In this document: positions 29,185 to 38,075 of the stretch, piece after piece
Position numbering within the stretch: position 1 is the first letter of the stretch
Layout of the letters: the number at the start of each line of letters is the position of its first letter
DNA from: Bacteroidota bacterium
Lineage (GTDB): Bacteria > Bacteroidota > Bacteroidia > Flavobacteriales > Flavobacteriaceae
Length of the DNA: 64,000 nucleotides
Assembly: GCA_051751125.1 (NCBI GenBank)
Contig: JBNJKO010000009.1
Coordinates: forward strand, 62,211 to 126,210
Direction: 5' to 3'
Program-made: the position numbers and the translations under genes
The notes under the pieces: generated by a model
What the model was told of the DNA's origin: nothing
The model's database searches: none
Seen by the model: the letters and a program-made list of their open reading frames with translations, nothing else

Positions 29185-30141
29185 TTACGAAACAGGCTTC
29201 TTCAGACCTTCCAGCATTGTCTTTGTTAGTTTTTCCAAATCGAATTCATGCTCCCATCCCCAGTCTTCTCTAGCTTCTTTATCATCAATGCTTCCAGGCC
29301 AGGAATCGGCAATTTGTTGTCTGAAATCCGGATTGTACTTAATTTCAAATTCCGGAAGTTGTTTTTTTATTTCTGATGCGAGTTCTTTCGGAGTAAAACT
29401 CATTGCCGATAAATTATAGGAAGACCTCACTTTTACATTTTTAGCAGGAGCCTCCATGATATCCACGGTTGCTTTAATAGCATCATCCATAAACATCATT
29501 GGAAGTGAGGTATTCTCATCTAAAAATGAAGTATAAGATCCTTTTTTTAAGGCTTCGTGGAAAATTTCGATGGCATAATCTGTAGTCCCTCCACCCGGAA
29601 GGGTTTTATAACTTATAATTCCGGGATATCTCAAACTGCGCACATCCACATCATACTTTTTAAAAAAATATTCACACCAGCGCTCCCCGGTTTGCTTGGA
29701 AATCCCATAAACCGTTGTTGGTTCCATAATAGTTGTTTGTGGCGTATTTTCCTTTGGGGTACTTGGACCAAAAACAGCAATACTGGAAGGCCAAAAAACT
29801 CTGCTAATCTTTTTATCCTTCGCCATATTGAGAATTATGAAAAGTGAATTCATGTTCAGGTCCCACGCCTGCATCGGAATTTTTTCGGCAGTTGCACTTA
29901 ACATAGCCGCCATAAGGTAAACATTGGTAATCTGATATTTCTCCACCACTTCCTCAATCAATTCTTTATTAGTAGCATCTAAAATTTCAAAAGGACCGGA
30001 ATTCATCAATTCTTCATCGCCCTCCTTAATGTCACTGGCTACTACATTATCATTGCCGTAAAGTGCTCGTAATTTAAGTGTAAGCTCGCTCCCAATTTGC
30101 CCGGCAGCGCCAATTATCAATATTTTTTTTGAATTCATCAT
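29185..30141 (-). CDS. NAD-dependent epimerase/dehydratase family, L-threonine 3-dehydrogenase-like; start moved to 30141 (or 30138)
   Basis: ILIIGAAGQIG Rossmann motif, YGISK (YxxxK) and GGGTTDYA. A -7 element TATATTTG at 30157-30164 lies inside the track's longer N-terminus. Confidence 0.88.
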   Translation of the reverse strand: MMNSKKILIIGAAGQIGSELTLKLRALYGNDNVVASDIKEGDEELMNSGPFEILDATNKELIEEVVEKYQITNVYLMAAMLSATAEKIPMQAWDLNMNSLFIILNMAKDKKISRVFWPSSIAVFGPSTPKENTPQTTIMEPTTVYGISKQTGERWCEYFFKKYDVDVRSLRYPGIISYKTLPGGGTTDYAIEIFHEALKKGSYTSFLDENTSLPMMFMDDAIKATVDIMEAPAKNVKVRSSYNLSAMSFTPKELASEIKKQLPEFEIKYNPDFRQQIADSWPGSIDDKEAREDWGWEHEFDLEKLTKTMLEGLKKPVS

Positions 30142-30275
30142 CTCAATTTTATCGTGCAAATATATCGATTTCGTAAAAGAACATCGAAGATTCAGCATAA
30201 AATAAGAAGCACATCACACTACATTTCATTCTGCTTTTTTAGGAAAGGTTTTTCATTAACTTTGTTTTTCAAGAT

Positions 30276-30869
30276 GTGAATATGAAAAATATTTTTTTAA
30301 TACTGTTATCCTTGTTTTTATTGGGTTGTGAAGAGAAAAAAAACCTGGAAGAGAATTCCGGAAAAAAGATGGAAGACTCCATTGCTTTTAGTCAGAACCT
30401 GAATATTACCAACCAGGAAGTACTTCTCCTCCCTGAAGCCCGCGCCGTAACCTCTGAATGGCTTGCATATCTCACGGCACAAATCGAAATCGACAATTTC
30501 GATAAGTACACTGTGAATGAAGTGGTTTCCAATGCCCGTCCTATTGCCGAAATTATGCGTTCCCTGAGAGAAACACTTCCGGACACCCTGAAATCGAACG
30601 CTACAGAAGCACGACTCGCAGTAATTTACACCAAAGCGATGGTACTGGAACAACAATCTAAAAAGAGAAATCCAGATCCTAGGGAAATTGCGAATATTGC
30701 AACGGAAATCCCTACAGAATTCAATAATTTTAAGATACAACTCAACGAATTATTTCTTAAAACCCTGGAACAGTTTGAAATGGAACTGGATGATTTTGAT
30801 GCGGAACAGGAAAGAGATACTACTGAAACCTCAATAACACGTGCTCCGGAAATGGAAGATCGCGTTTAA
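30276..30869 (+). CDS. Lipoprotein of unknown function (start at 30276 GTG or 30282 ATG)
   Basis: Lipobox LLGC, predicted helical body, and -7 element TAACTTTG at 30257-30264. Confidence 0.8.
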   Translation: MNMKNIFLILLSLFLLGCEEKKNLEENSGKKMEDSIAFSQNLNITNQEVLLLPEARAVTSEWLAYLTAQIEIDNFDKYTVNEVVSNARPIAEIMRSLRETLPDTLKSNATEARLAVIYTKAMVLEQQSKKRNPDPREIANIATEIPTEFNNFKIQLNELFLKTLEQFEMELDDFDAEQERDTTETSITRAPEMEDRV

Positions 30870-30906
30870 GCCTGCTCATTTTTAAAAAATCACTTAAAAA
30901 CCAAAA

Positions 30907-31449
30907 ATGAAAAAATTTTCGCTGCTTCTGTTAATAGTATCCTTGTCCGCCTGCACATTTCCTTCTAAAATCACGACTGTAAAAACTTCTGAAGAGCATG
31001 AATCTGAAGAAATTTCAGAAGAAAAGATAAATGCAATATTGGAGAACTGGCATGCTGACGCAGCCAATGCAAATTTTGAAGACTATTTTGCATTAATGGC
31101 CGATGACGGAGTTTTCATAGGCACAGATGCTACCGAAAACTGGCAAAATAAAGCATTCAGGGAATTTTCAAAACCCCATTTCGACAAGGGAAAAGCCTGG
31201 AATTTCACAACTTTGGAAAGGAATATCTACACCTCCAAAAATGGACAAATAGCCTGGTTTGATGAACTGCTGGATACACAAATGGGAATTTGCCGCGGAT
31301 CCGGAGTGCTGGAAAGGGTGAGCGAAGAATGGAAAATCAAACATTATGTGCTTTCCATCGCTATCCCAAATGAGTTTGTTTCAGAAATCACTGCGACCAA
31401 AAAACAAACCGACAGCCTTCTAATTCTCCAACTTCAGAAAAAAAACTAA
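30907..31449 (+). CDS. SnoaL-like/NTF2-family lipoprotein
   Basis: Lipobox LSAC, WHADAA, FIGTDATENW, AWFDELL and WKIKHYVLS. Confidence 0.82.
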   Translation: MKKFSLLLLIVSLSACTFPSKITTVKTSEEHESEEISEEKINAILENWHADAANANFEDYFALMADDGVFIGTDATENWQNKAFREFSKPHFDKGKAWNFTTLERNIYTSKNGQIAWFDELLDTQMGICRGSGVLERVSEEWKIKHYVLSIAIPNEFVSEITATKKQTDSLLILQLQKKN

Positions 31450-31617
31450 AATTAAGAGTATTTTCAGCTCCTTCTGAAAAAACGAAAAAACAATGGCATA
31501 ATTGCTGATCATAATTTGTTAATTATAAGTAATTTAGCCAGCTAATTCAAAAAAACTGCCTTGTGGAAAATCCCAAAAGTGGCGAATTAAAACCCTAATA
31601 ATAATTTTAAAGAATTT

Positions 31618-33687
31618 ATGAGAAGAATAACCAGTATGATGTTACTACCAGTGCTTGCAGCATTGGTTGCCACAGGCTGCAAAAGCGATGACAAAAAAAT
31701 GCAGAATGAGGAAGCCCGCGGCATCAATCTTGCTTTTATGGATACAACTGTAAGTCCTAAACAAGATTTTTTTAGATATGTAAACGGAGTTTGGGTAGAT
31801 TCTACCGAAATTCCCGATGAATATACTACCTGGGGTAGCTTTAATGAACTCCGGAAAAATACAGATGCCGCGGCTTTAAGCCTTCTTGAAAAAGCTTCAA
31901 ATAACGATGAACTGGATGCTTCCAGCGATCAGGCAAAAGCGGTATATCTTTACAAAAGCATTATGGACACCGTGTCCCGAAATGAAAAAGGGGTCGCTCC
32001 TTTAAAGGACTACCTGGCAAAAATTGAAGCTATCGGGAATAAAGAAGATCTTCAGGCCTATCTTACAGAAATGCAGGAATATGGAGGCGCAGGATTTTTT
32101 GGATTTACGGTGCGCGCAGATGCCAAAAACAGCAACTCAAATGCTGCATACCTTTATCCTTCAGGATTAGGTTTGCCAGATCGTGATTATTATACCGCCG
32201 ATGATGCAAATTCAAAAGAAACCCGCGAAAAATACAAAGCACACATTACAAGAATGCTTCAGTATTTGGGCGATTCTCCGGAAAAAGCGCTAAAAAGTGC
32301 CCAGAGCATTCTTGCCTTTGAAACCAGCCTTGCACAACCTCAACTTGATAAAGTGGAACGCCGGGATGCAAGAAAACAATACAATCCGATGGCGATCGCT
32401 GAACTTCAGAAGCAAGTTCCCGCCCTGGACTGGAAAACTTATTTAGATGCAATTGGTGCATCTCAGGTAGATACCGTAATTGTTGCTCAGCCTAAATATA
32501 TGCAGCAGTTGCAAAAGACCTTTTCCGGAAATAATGTAGAAGACTGGAAAAACTACTTGCGATGGAACCTCTTTAACGATGCCTCCGGTACTTTAAGTAC
32601 GGAGATTGAAAGGGCAAGCTGGGAATTTTACAGTCAGACCTTACAGGGTGCAAAAGAACAACGCCCGCTTAAGGAACGTGCTTTAGGAATCGTAAACGGG
32701 ACCCTGGGTGAAGCTTTAGGAAAGTTATATGTGGAAGAGAATTTCCCGCCGGAAGCAAAGGAAAAAGCTCAGGAAATGATCGCAAATATCATTAAGGCCT
32801 ACGAAGTAAGGATCAACAACCTTAGCTGGATGAGTGACAGCACCAAGACAAAAGCAATCGAAAAACTGGGGACTACAAGAATAAAAGTAGGTTATCCCGA
32901 TGAGTGGAAAGATTACAGCGAACTTGAGATCGCCGCTCCCGGAGATGAAAACGGATCTTTTTTCCAGAATATGATGAACGCTGCAAAATGGAACGTCAAA
33001 GAAGCCATGGCGAAACTAGACAAACCGGTGGATAAGAATGAATGGTATATGGCACCGCAAACCGTGAATGCATATTACAACCCAAGTTACAACGAGATCG
33101 TATTCCCTGCAGCTATCCTGCAACCACCATTTTACGATTATAAGGCAGATGCTGCGGTAAACTACGGCGGAATTGGTGCTGTAATTGGTCACGAGATCTC
33201 GCACGGATTCGACGACAGTGGATCCCGTTTTGATGCTGAAGGAAACCTTAACAACTGGTGGGGTGAAAATGACCTTACCGAATTTGGAAAACTGGGAACT
33301 GCACTTGCCGATCAATACAGCGCTATCGAGGTATTGGACAGTGTTTACATCAATGGAAAATTCACCTTAGGAGAGAACATTGGAGATCTTGGAGGAGTGA
33401 ATGCCGCCTACGACGGACTTCAAATTCACCTGAAAGAACATGGAAATCCAGGTGAGATCGATGGATTTTCACCAGAGCAACGTTTCTTTATGTCCTGGGC
33501 TACCGTTTGGCGTACCAAGATGAGGGAAGAAGCTTTGAGAAACCGGATCAAGACAGATCCACACTCTCCGGGGATGTACCGCGCTTATGTGCCACTTCAA
33601 AATATCGAGGCTTTTTACCAGGCTTTTGATATTCAGGAAGGAGATAAAATGTACATAGCACCTTCAAACCGGGTATTGATCTGGTAA
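31618..33687 (+). CDS. M13 family zinc metallopeptidase (neprilysin/PepO-like) lipoprotein
   Basis: Lipobox ATGC, VNAYY, GHEISHGFD (HExxH), GENIGD and DPHSP. Confidence 0.95.
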   Translation: MRRITSMMLLPVLAALVATGCKSDDKKMQNEEARGINLAFMDTTVSPKQDFFRYVNGVWVDSTEIPDEYTTWGSFNELRKNTDAAALSLLEKASNNDELDASSDQAKAVYLYKSIMDTVSRNEKGVAPLKDYLAKIEAIGNKEDLQAYLTEMQEYGGAGFFGFTVRADAKNSNSNAAYLYPSGLGLPDRDYYTADDANSKETREKYKAHITRMLQYLGDSPEKALKSAQSILAFETSLAQPQLDKVERRDARKQYNPMAIAELQKQVPALDWKTYLDAIGASQVDTVIVAQPKYMQQLQKTFSGNNVEDWKNYLRWNLFNDASGTLSTEIERASWEFYSQTLQGAKEQRPLKERALGIVNGTLGEALGKLYVEENFPPEAKEKAQEMIANIIKAYEVRINNLSWMSDSTKTKAIEKLGTTRIKVGYPDEWKDYSELEIAAPGDENGSFFQNMMNAAKWNVKEAMAKLDKPVDKNEWYMAPQTVNAYYNPSYNEIVFPAAILQPPFYDYKADAAVNYGGIGAVIGHEISHGFDDSGSRFDAEGNLNNWWGENDLTEFGKLGTALADQYSAIEVLDSVYINGKFTLGENIGDLGGVNAAYDGLQIHLKEHGNPGEIDGFSPEQRFFMSWATVWRTKMREEALRNRIKTDPHSPGMYRAYVPLQNIEAFYQAFDIQEGDKMYIAPSNRVLIW

Positions 33688-33707
33688 AAAGGAAATAAGA
33701 ATTTTAG

Positions 33708-33736
33708 AAGGGCCGCAGCAATGTTGGCCCTTTTTT
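33708..33736 (+). terminator. Intrinsic terminator after the M13 peptidase
   Basis: AAGGGCC...GGCCCTT followed by a T-run. Confidence 0.7.
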
Positions 33737-33742
33737 ATTTTC

Positions 33743-33840
33743 AGGCTGCGTCCCCGCACCCAAAAATGCGGCGGTCGGGCTATTCGCTGTAGTTCCAATC
33801 CCCTTCGGGCATTGGAAGCTGCCGCTGCTATCCCTCGCAG
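33743..33840 (+). ncRNA. GC-rich structured intergenic element, Flavo-1 RNA motif-like
   Basis: GTCGGGCTATTCGCTGTAG-TTCCAAT...ATTGGAA-GCTGCCGCTGCTATCCCTCGC long hairpin preceded by a CCGCA/TGCGG hairpin. The family assignment is from recollection of the motif, not a covariance-model search. Confidence 0.5.
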
Positions 33841-33875
33841 AAAATTTGATTTACCTTATATGAGTCCGCAAAAAA

Positions 33876-34682
33876 TCAATAAATACGCTGTTGAAAAGTA
33901 TAATCCAACACTTCATCTAAAGTTACAGATTCTATATACTTCCCCTTTGAAACATTCTCATGATTAAATTCAGGGACGGCAAGATTTTTCTCCTCTGCTA
34001 TTCTGGAATAATAAGCTGCTTTTGTAGGATGCTCCGGATATACCGCATTAAATGTAGCTCCCCAGGCTTCTTTCTCAATTATCTTAGAAATAATGCTGAT
34101 ACAATCCTCCAGATGGATCAAATTTACCGGCGCATTTGGGTCTTTGACATCTTTTTTGCCAGATAAATAAGCTACAGGATTCCTGCCCGGCCCAAACAAA
34201 CCTCCAAACCGGACAATTGTAGTTTCATACTGTTCACTGTTCTTCAATTCATTCTCTGCCGATTTTAACTGAAGGGAATTTTCAGCCGTTCCATTTGGGG
34301 AATCATCCTCCGTATAAACAGGAAATTCTTCGGTGTCTTCATACACAGAAGTGGCGCTTACAAAAAGCACTTTTTTTATGCTGGATTTTTTAATAAAATC
34401 CTTCAGCCTTCCTATTTTTCCGATAAAATTCGCATCAGGATTATTTCTTAATCCGGGGGGAATATCTATAATAAGCAATTCAGAATCTTCCAGAAAGGCA
34501 CTGAGGTCACCCTGAACTCCTTCCGCGAACAACTTAATCCTGTAAGGAATAAGCCCCACTTCAGAGAGCTTACTGAGCTTCTCCATACTGGTGGTAGAGC
34601 CTTTTATTATATGGCCTTCCTCCAGCAACTTTTCGGACAATGGCAATCCCAGCCAACCGCAACCTAATAGTGATATTTTCAT
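33876..34682 (-). CDS. NAD(P)-binding atypical SDR (YeeZ-like epimerase/dehydratase)
   Basis: LLGCGWLG, GSTTS, VRFGGLFG and VNLIHLEDC. Confidence 0.85.
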   Translation of the reverse strand: MKISLLGCGWLGLPLSEKLLEEGHIIKGSTTSMEKLSKLSEVGLIPYRIKLFAEGVQGDLSAFLEDSELLIIDIPPGLRNNPDANFIGKIGRLKDFIKKSSIKKVLFVSATSVYEDTEEFPVYTEDDSPNGTAENSLQLKSAENELKNSEQYETTIVRFGGLFGPGRNPVAYLSGKKDVKDPNAPVNLIHLEDCISIISKIIEKEAWGATFNAVYPEHPTKAAYYSRIAEEKNLAVPEFNHENVSKGKYIESVTLDEVLDYTFQQRIY

Positions 34683-34723
34683 GTATTTTTCTTCCTCCTA
34701 TATATGAAGGATTTTTTATAAAA

Positions 34724-37060
34724 TTAATCCAATTTGATTGTTTTCTTAATGATTACTGCATCATTAAGCACAAAGGGCCTTGGAATCATAGCTTTTTCGC
34801 GTTCCGGAATATCAAATTCAGGGTTTTCCAAAAGATCATAACTGGATTCATATAAAATGAATTCCGGCAGCTTTTCTTCCCTAACCACAAATTCAATGCT
34901 TAAGGTATCCCTGTTTGCAGCATGATAAATGAGCAATCTGTTATGCCATCGTTTGGTGAAAATATGAAATGAATTTGCCCCCAGATCAATAGAATCAGCC
35001 GTTAAGCCATTTACTTTAAATTCCTCGAAATCGACTTTTCTATCTGCATAGAGTTCCATCCGGTTGATTTTCCGATTTGGAGCAATTTTCAGGGAATAAC
35101 GGTTTGTTTTAACAATGCTATCAACCGATTTCAGTTTTTCAAAAACAACTCCCGGTTGAGCAATATTTTTTACCGGTGCTTTGGCTTTAAAAGTAAAATT
35201 TGATCCATACTTGCTTTGTAAAGCCTCTTCAGAAGAAGGTATAATTACAGGATCTTCTCTAAAAAATTCTGAGGTCCAGGAATCGACCATAAAATCATAG
35301 GAATTCCAGCTTGCTTCGCTTGTATCTGCGTTCAAAAGATAAACAAGACTGTTGGGTTTTGGCCTTTCTTCTGAAAAAGAAGATTTAAAATGCGCGGTGA
35401 TAAACAGCACATTAAATATCAAAAAACATAGTAATGCCAGGGCTTTTTTTAGCTTAAAATATCCGAAAACGGGAAGGAAAAACAGGAATAAAAAAGTGGT
35501 GAGTATAGCAGTTACAAAAAGTATTTTCAACCCTAATGCCACTGGAAAAGTGGTAATAAATGGCAATAGAATGAGCAGTGCCGGCAGGCTTAACAGCAGC
35601 ATTAAAAATAAATTTGGCCGTTTTTGGCGAATCATCACCCATAATTGCACAATCGCAAAAAATGCAGGCAAAATAAAATATGCCGCTCCCTCAAGAAAAA
35701 ATGCGAGGAGAAGGCAGATTAACATCCAGAAAAACAGCGGGAATACCAGGTAACCAGCTTTCTTATCCTGGGAATTGAATTTATGATATGCGAAAAGATT
35801 TACGCTGAGGGTTAGGAAGATTACGGCTGCAATATAATAATACCCGTTATAGGTAAACCCGTGTTCCATTTCGGAATATTCGGGATAGATCATCAGGCAG
35901 AATTTCCAGAGTAAATAGGTCAAAATTGCAGATCCCAGCAGACTTATAAAAAATGGGATCATCCCATTTAATACCGATCTTAGAAAATGCTTTTCGCTAA
36001 AAATCCCATAGCCCAAAACCAGAAAGAAAAGGATGAAACAAAGGATCAACATCGGGAAGATATACGAGAAAGGATAACTTATGATCTTCCCCAGGGGTAA
36101 ACTGAAATAGATAAGATCTTCTTCAGATTCCAGTTCTGAAATATTGGCATCCTTGAAATAATCAAGCAGTGGCATCAAATAACTCCCCTGGTGTGCGAGG
36201 GTTTCCATATCAAAATTCTCAGGGATATCCCTGGCGGTATGATAATCAAAATGATCGTCTATAAACGCGAAATTGTAACCATTAATATTGGCCTGCTCTC
36301 TTAAAACTGTAAGATCTGTATCATTAGGGAGCATCTTATAAACACTGTAAGCCAGGGAATTTGTAACCGGATATTTGGGATTGGCTTTTATGAATTCACC
36401 AATAAGTGCAGCATTCCCGGAATTGGTTTCCAGGAGCATAAAGGAATTCCCCCCGCTCCCACGGGCTTCAAAATTTAGAGCCAATCCCACATTTTTTGCC
36501 CAGGGGTGTTCCTTTACAAAAAGATTAGCACCATTCAATCCTAATTCCTCAGCATCTGTAAATAAAAGTATAATTTCATTTTTGTTGGATTTGCCACTTT
36601 CAAGAAATGCCCGGATTCCCTCCAAAATGGTTGCCACTCCACTAGCAGCATCTGCAGCTCCGGGAGAGGAATGTCCTGCACTGTCATAGTGAGACATTAA
36701 AAGCAGGGTGCTTCCCGCTTCGCTGCCGGGAATTCTCGCCAGGATATTTTGAGGGCGTGTAATCACACCTTTACTATTAAGACTGTAACCTTCCTGCATT
36801 TGCACTTCCAGTCCCAGTTCCTGCAATTCATTCACAATGTAATTTCGTACCCTGCTATGGGCACTACTCCCCACATAATGCGGAGTTTGTGCGATGTTTT
36901 CTATTTGCTGAAATGCGCGTTCAGCAGAAAATTCGGTTTCGGGGATTTCTGCAGTAGATTCTTTTCCGGGCATACTGGAATAAAAAATAAACCAGGTGCA
37001 AAAAATGAGGATCAGGATTATAAATAATGGGGATAATTTTTTCAGCATAAAATAAGGCAA
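34724..37060 (-). CDS. Membrane-embedded M28 family peptidase (ERMP1/PFF1-like)
   Basis: SHYDS, TDAEELGL, NFEARG and DYHTARD motifs, followed by about eight TM helices. Confidence 0.88.
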   Translation of the reverse strand: MPYFMLKKLSPLFIILILIFCTWFIFYSSMPGKESTAEIPETEFSAERAFQQIENIAQTPHYVGSSAHSRVRNYIVNELQELGLEVQMQEGYSLNSKGVITRPQNILARIPGSEAGSTLLLMSHYDSAGHSSPGAADAASGVATILEGIRAFLESGKSNKNEIILLFTDAEELGLNGANLFVKEHPWAKNVGLALNFEARGSGGNSFMLLETNSGNAALIGEFIKANPKYPVTNSLAYSVYKMLPNDTDLTVLREQANINGYNFAFIDDHFDYHTARDIPENFDMETLAHQGSYLMPLLDYFKDANISELESEEDLIYFSLPLGKIISYPFSYIFPMLILCFILFFLVLGYGIFSEKHFLRSVLNGMIPFFISLLGSAILTYLLWKFCLMIYPEYSEMEHGFTYNGYYYIAAVIFLTLSVNLFAYHKFNSQDKKAGYLVFPLFFWMLICLLLAFFLEGAAYFILPAFFAIVQLWVMIRQKRPNLFLMLLLSLPALLILLPFITTFPVALGLKILFVTAILTTFLFLFFLPVFGYFKLKKALALLCFLIFNVLFITAHFKSSFSEERPKPNSLVYLLNADTSEASWNSYDFMVDSWTSEFFREDPVIIPSSEEALQSKYGSNFTFKAKAPVKNIAQPGVVFEKLKSVDSIVKTNRYSLKIAPNRKINRMELYADRKVDFEEFKVNGLTADSIDLGANSFHIFTKRWHNRLLIYHAANRDTLSIEFVVREEKLPEFILYESSYDLLENPEFDIPEREKAMIPRPFVLNDAVIIKKTIKLD

Positions 37061-37175
37061 CTATTAAGGTTTAAAGATAAATAAGTTAAGCTGAATAAAA
37101 TAAATTTATGCAGCTCTTCTAAGACTCGAAAATTTTCATTATATTCAAAAGATTATTAATCAAAAAGTTAGCATC

Positions 37176-37643
37176 ATGGGAATTAAAAGTTTTGAGGGAA
37201 AAAGAGCGGAGCCGGAGAAGATTCAAAGCGCTCCCATTCAGGTAAAGGATTATATGAGTGAAAATCTAATAACCTTTAGAAAAGATCAATTTGTAGTGGA
37301 TGTGATGGAAACTCTTATTGAAAAGAAGATTTCCGGTGCACCGGTAGTCAATGAAAACAATGAGTTGTTGGGAATTATCTCTGATGGAGATTGTATGAAG
37401 CAAATATCAGAGAGCAGGTATTATAATATGCCTATTGGGGATATGCAGATTGAACAATATATGGAGACCGATGTTCCAACCATTGATAAAAACGTGAGTA
37501 TCTTTGATTGTGCTTCCTTATTTTACAAACACAATTGCAGAAGGTTTCCTATTATTGAAAACGGAAAGTTAATTGGACAAATAAGCCGAAAAGATATTCT
37601 TTGCGCAGCTCTTAAATTACGCGGCCAAAACTGGCATAGTTAA
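37176..37643 (+). CDS. CBS-domain pair protein
   Basis: VKDYM...ISGAPVVNE...GIISDGD and RRFPIIENGKLIGQISRKD. Confidence 0.9.
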   Translation: MGIKSFEGKRAEPEKIQSAPIQVKDYMSENLITFRKDQFVVDVMETLIEKKISGAPVVNENNELLGIISDGDCMKQISESRYYNMPIGDMQIEQYMETDVPTIDKNVSIFDCASLFYKHNCRRFPIIENGKLIGQISRKDILCAALKLRGQNWHS

Positions 37644-37987
37644 GTCCGTTTTACCAATGCGTAATAATCACCGTCCAGAGGTAAATAACCCTGGTCGTAA
37701 ATAAAATAATATATAGTTCCGGATTTCGTTGTGTAGATACTTGTGAAATAATCGAAACTGAAACCTTTAGCCAGCAACTTTGTCCTGCTGGTTCTTGTTT
37801 TATCTGCAGGGTTTAGTTCTTCCAGGATCCTGTAATTCTTGCGGAGGCGGTTATTTACGTTGCGAACCAGATTATTCCGGTCTTTATTGATCTTGTTATT
37901 ATAGGAATTGCGACAGTAGTCCCCACAGAACTTTTTATCGATCCTGCCAACTATTTTTTCTCCACATTCTATACAAGCTTCCTGCAT
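37640..37987 (-). CDS. Hypothetical protein with an N-terminal Cys4 zinc-ribbon (DUF2116-like)
   Basis: CIECG...KKFCGDYCR; convergent 4-nt overlap with the CBS gene. Confidence 0.8.
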   Translation of the reverse strand: MQEACIECGEKIVGRIDKKFCGDYCRNSYNNKINKDRNNLVRNVNNRLRKNYRILEELNPADKTRTSRTKLLAKGFSFDYFTSIYTTKSGTIYYFIYDQGYLPLDGDYYALVKRT

Positions 37988-38075
37988 CTCTTAAAGATAG
38001 GAAAAAAGTTTAAAAATGGTTAAAATAGTACAAACCCTTTAATCTTAATTTAAAAGAAAACTTAAAGTTAATTGA

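Noticed and set aside
29033-29419. 128-aa plus-strand ORF
   Set aside because: It begins at the csp terminator and is mostly antisense to the dehydrogenase gene.
31494-31505. TGGCA...TTGC as a sigma-54 promoter for the M13 peptidase
   Set aside because: The GG and GC are separated by 7 nt rather than the required 10.
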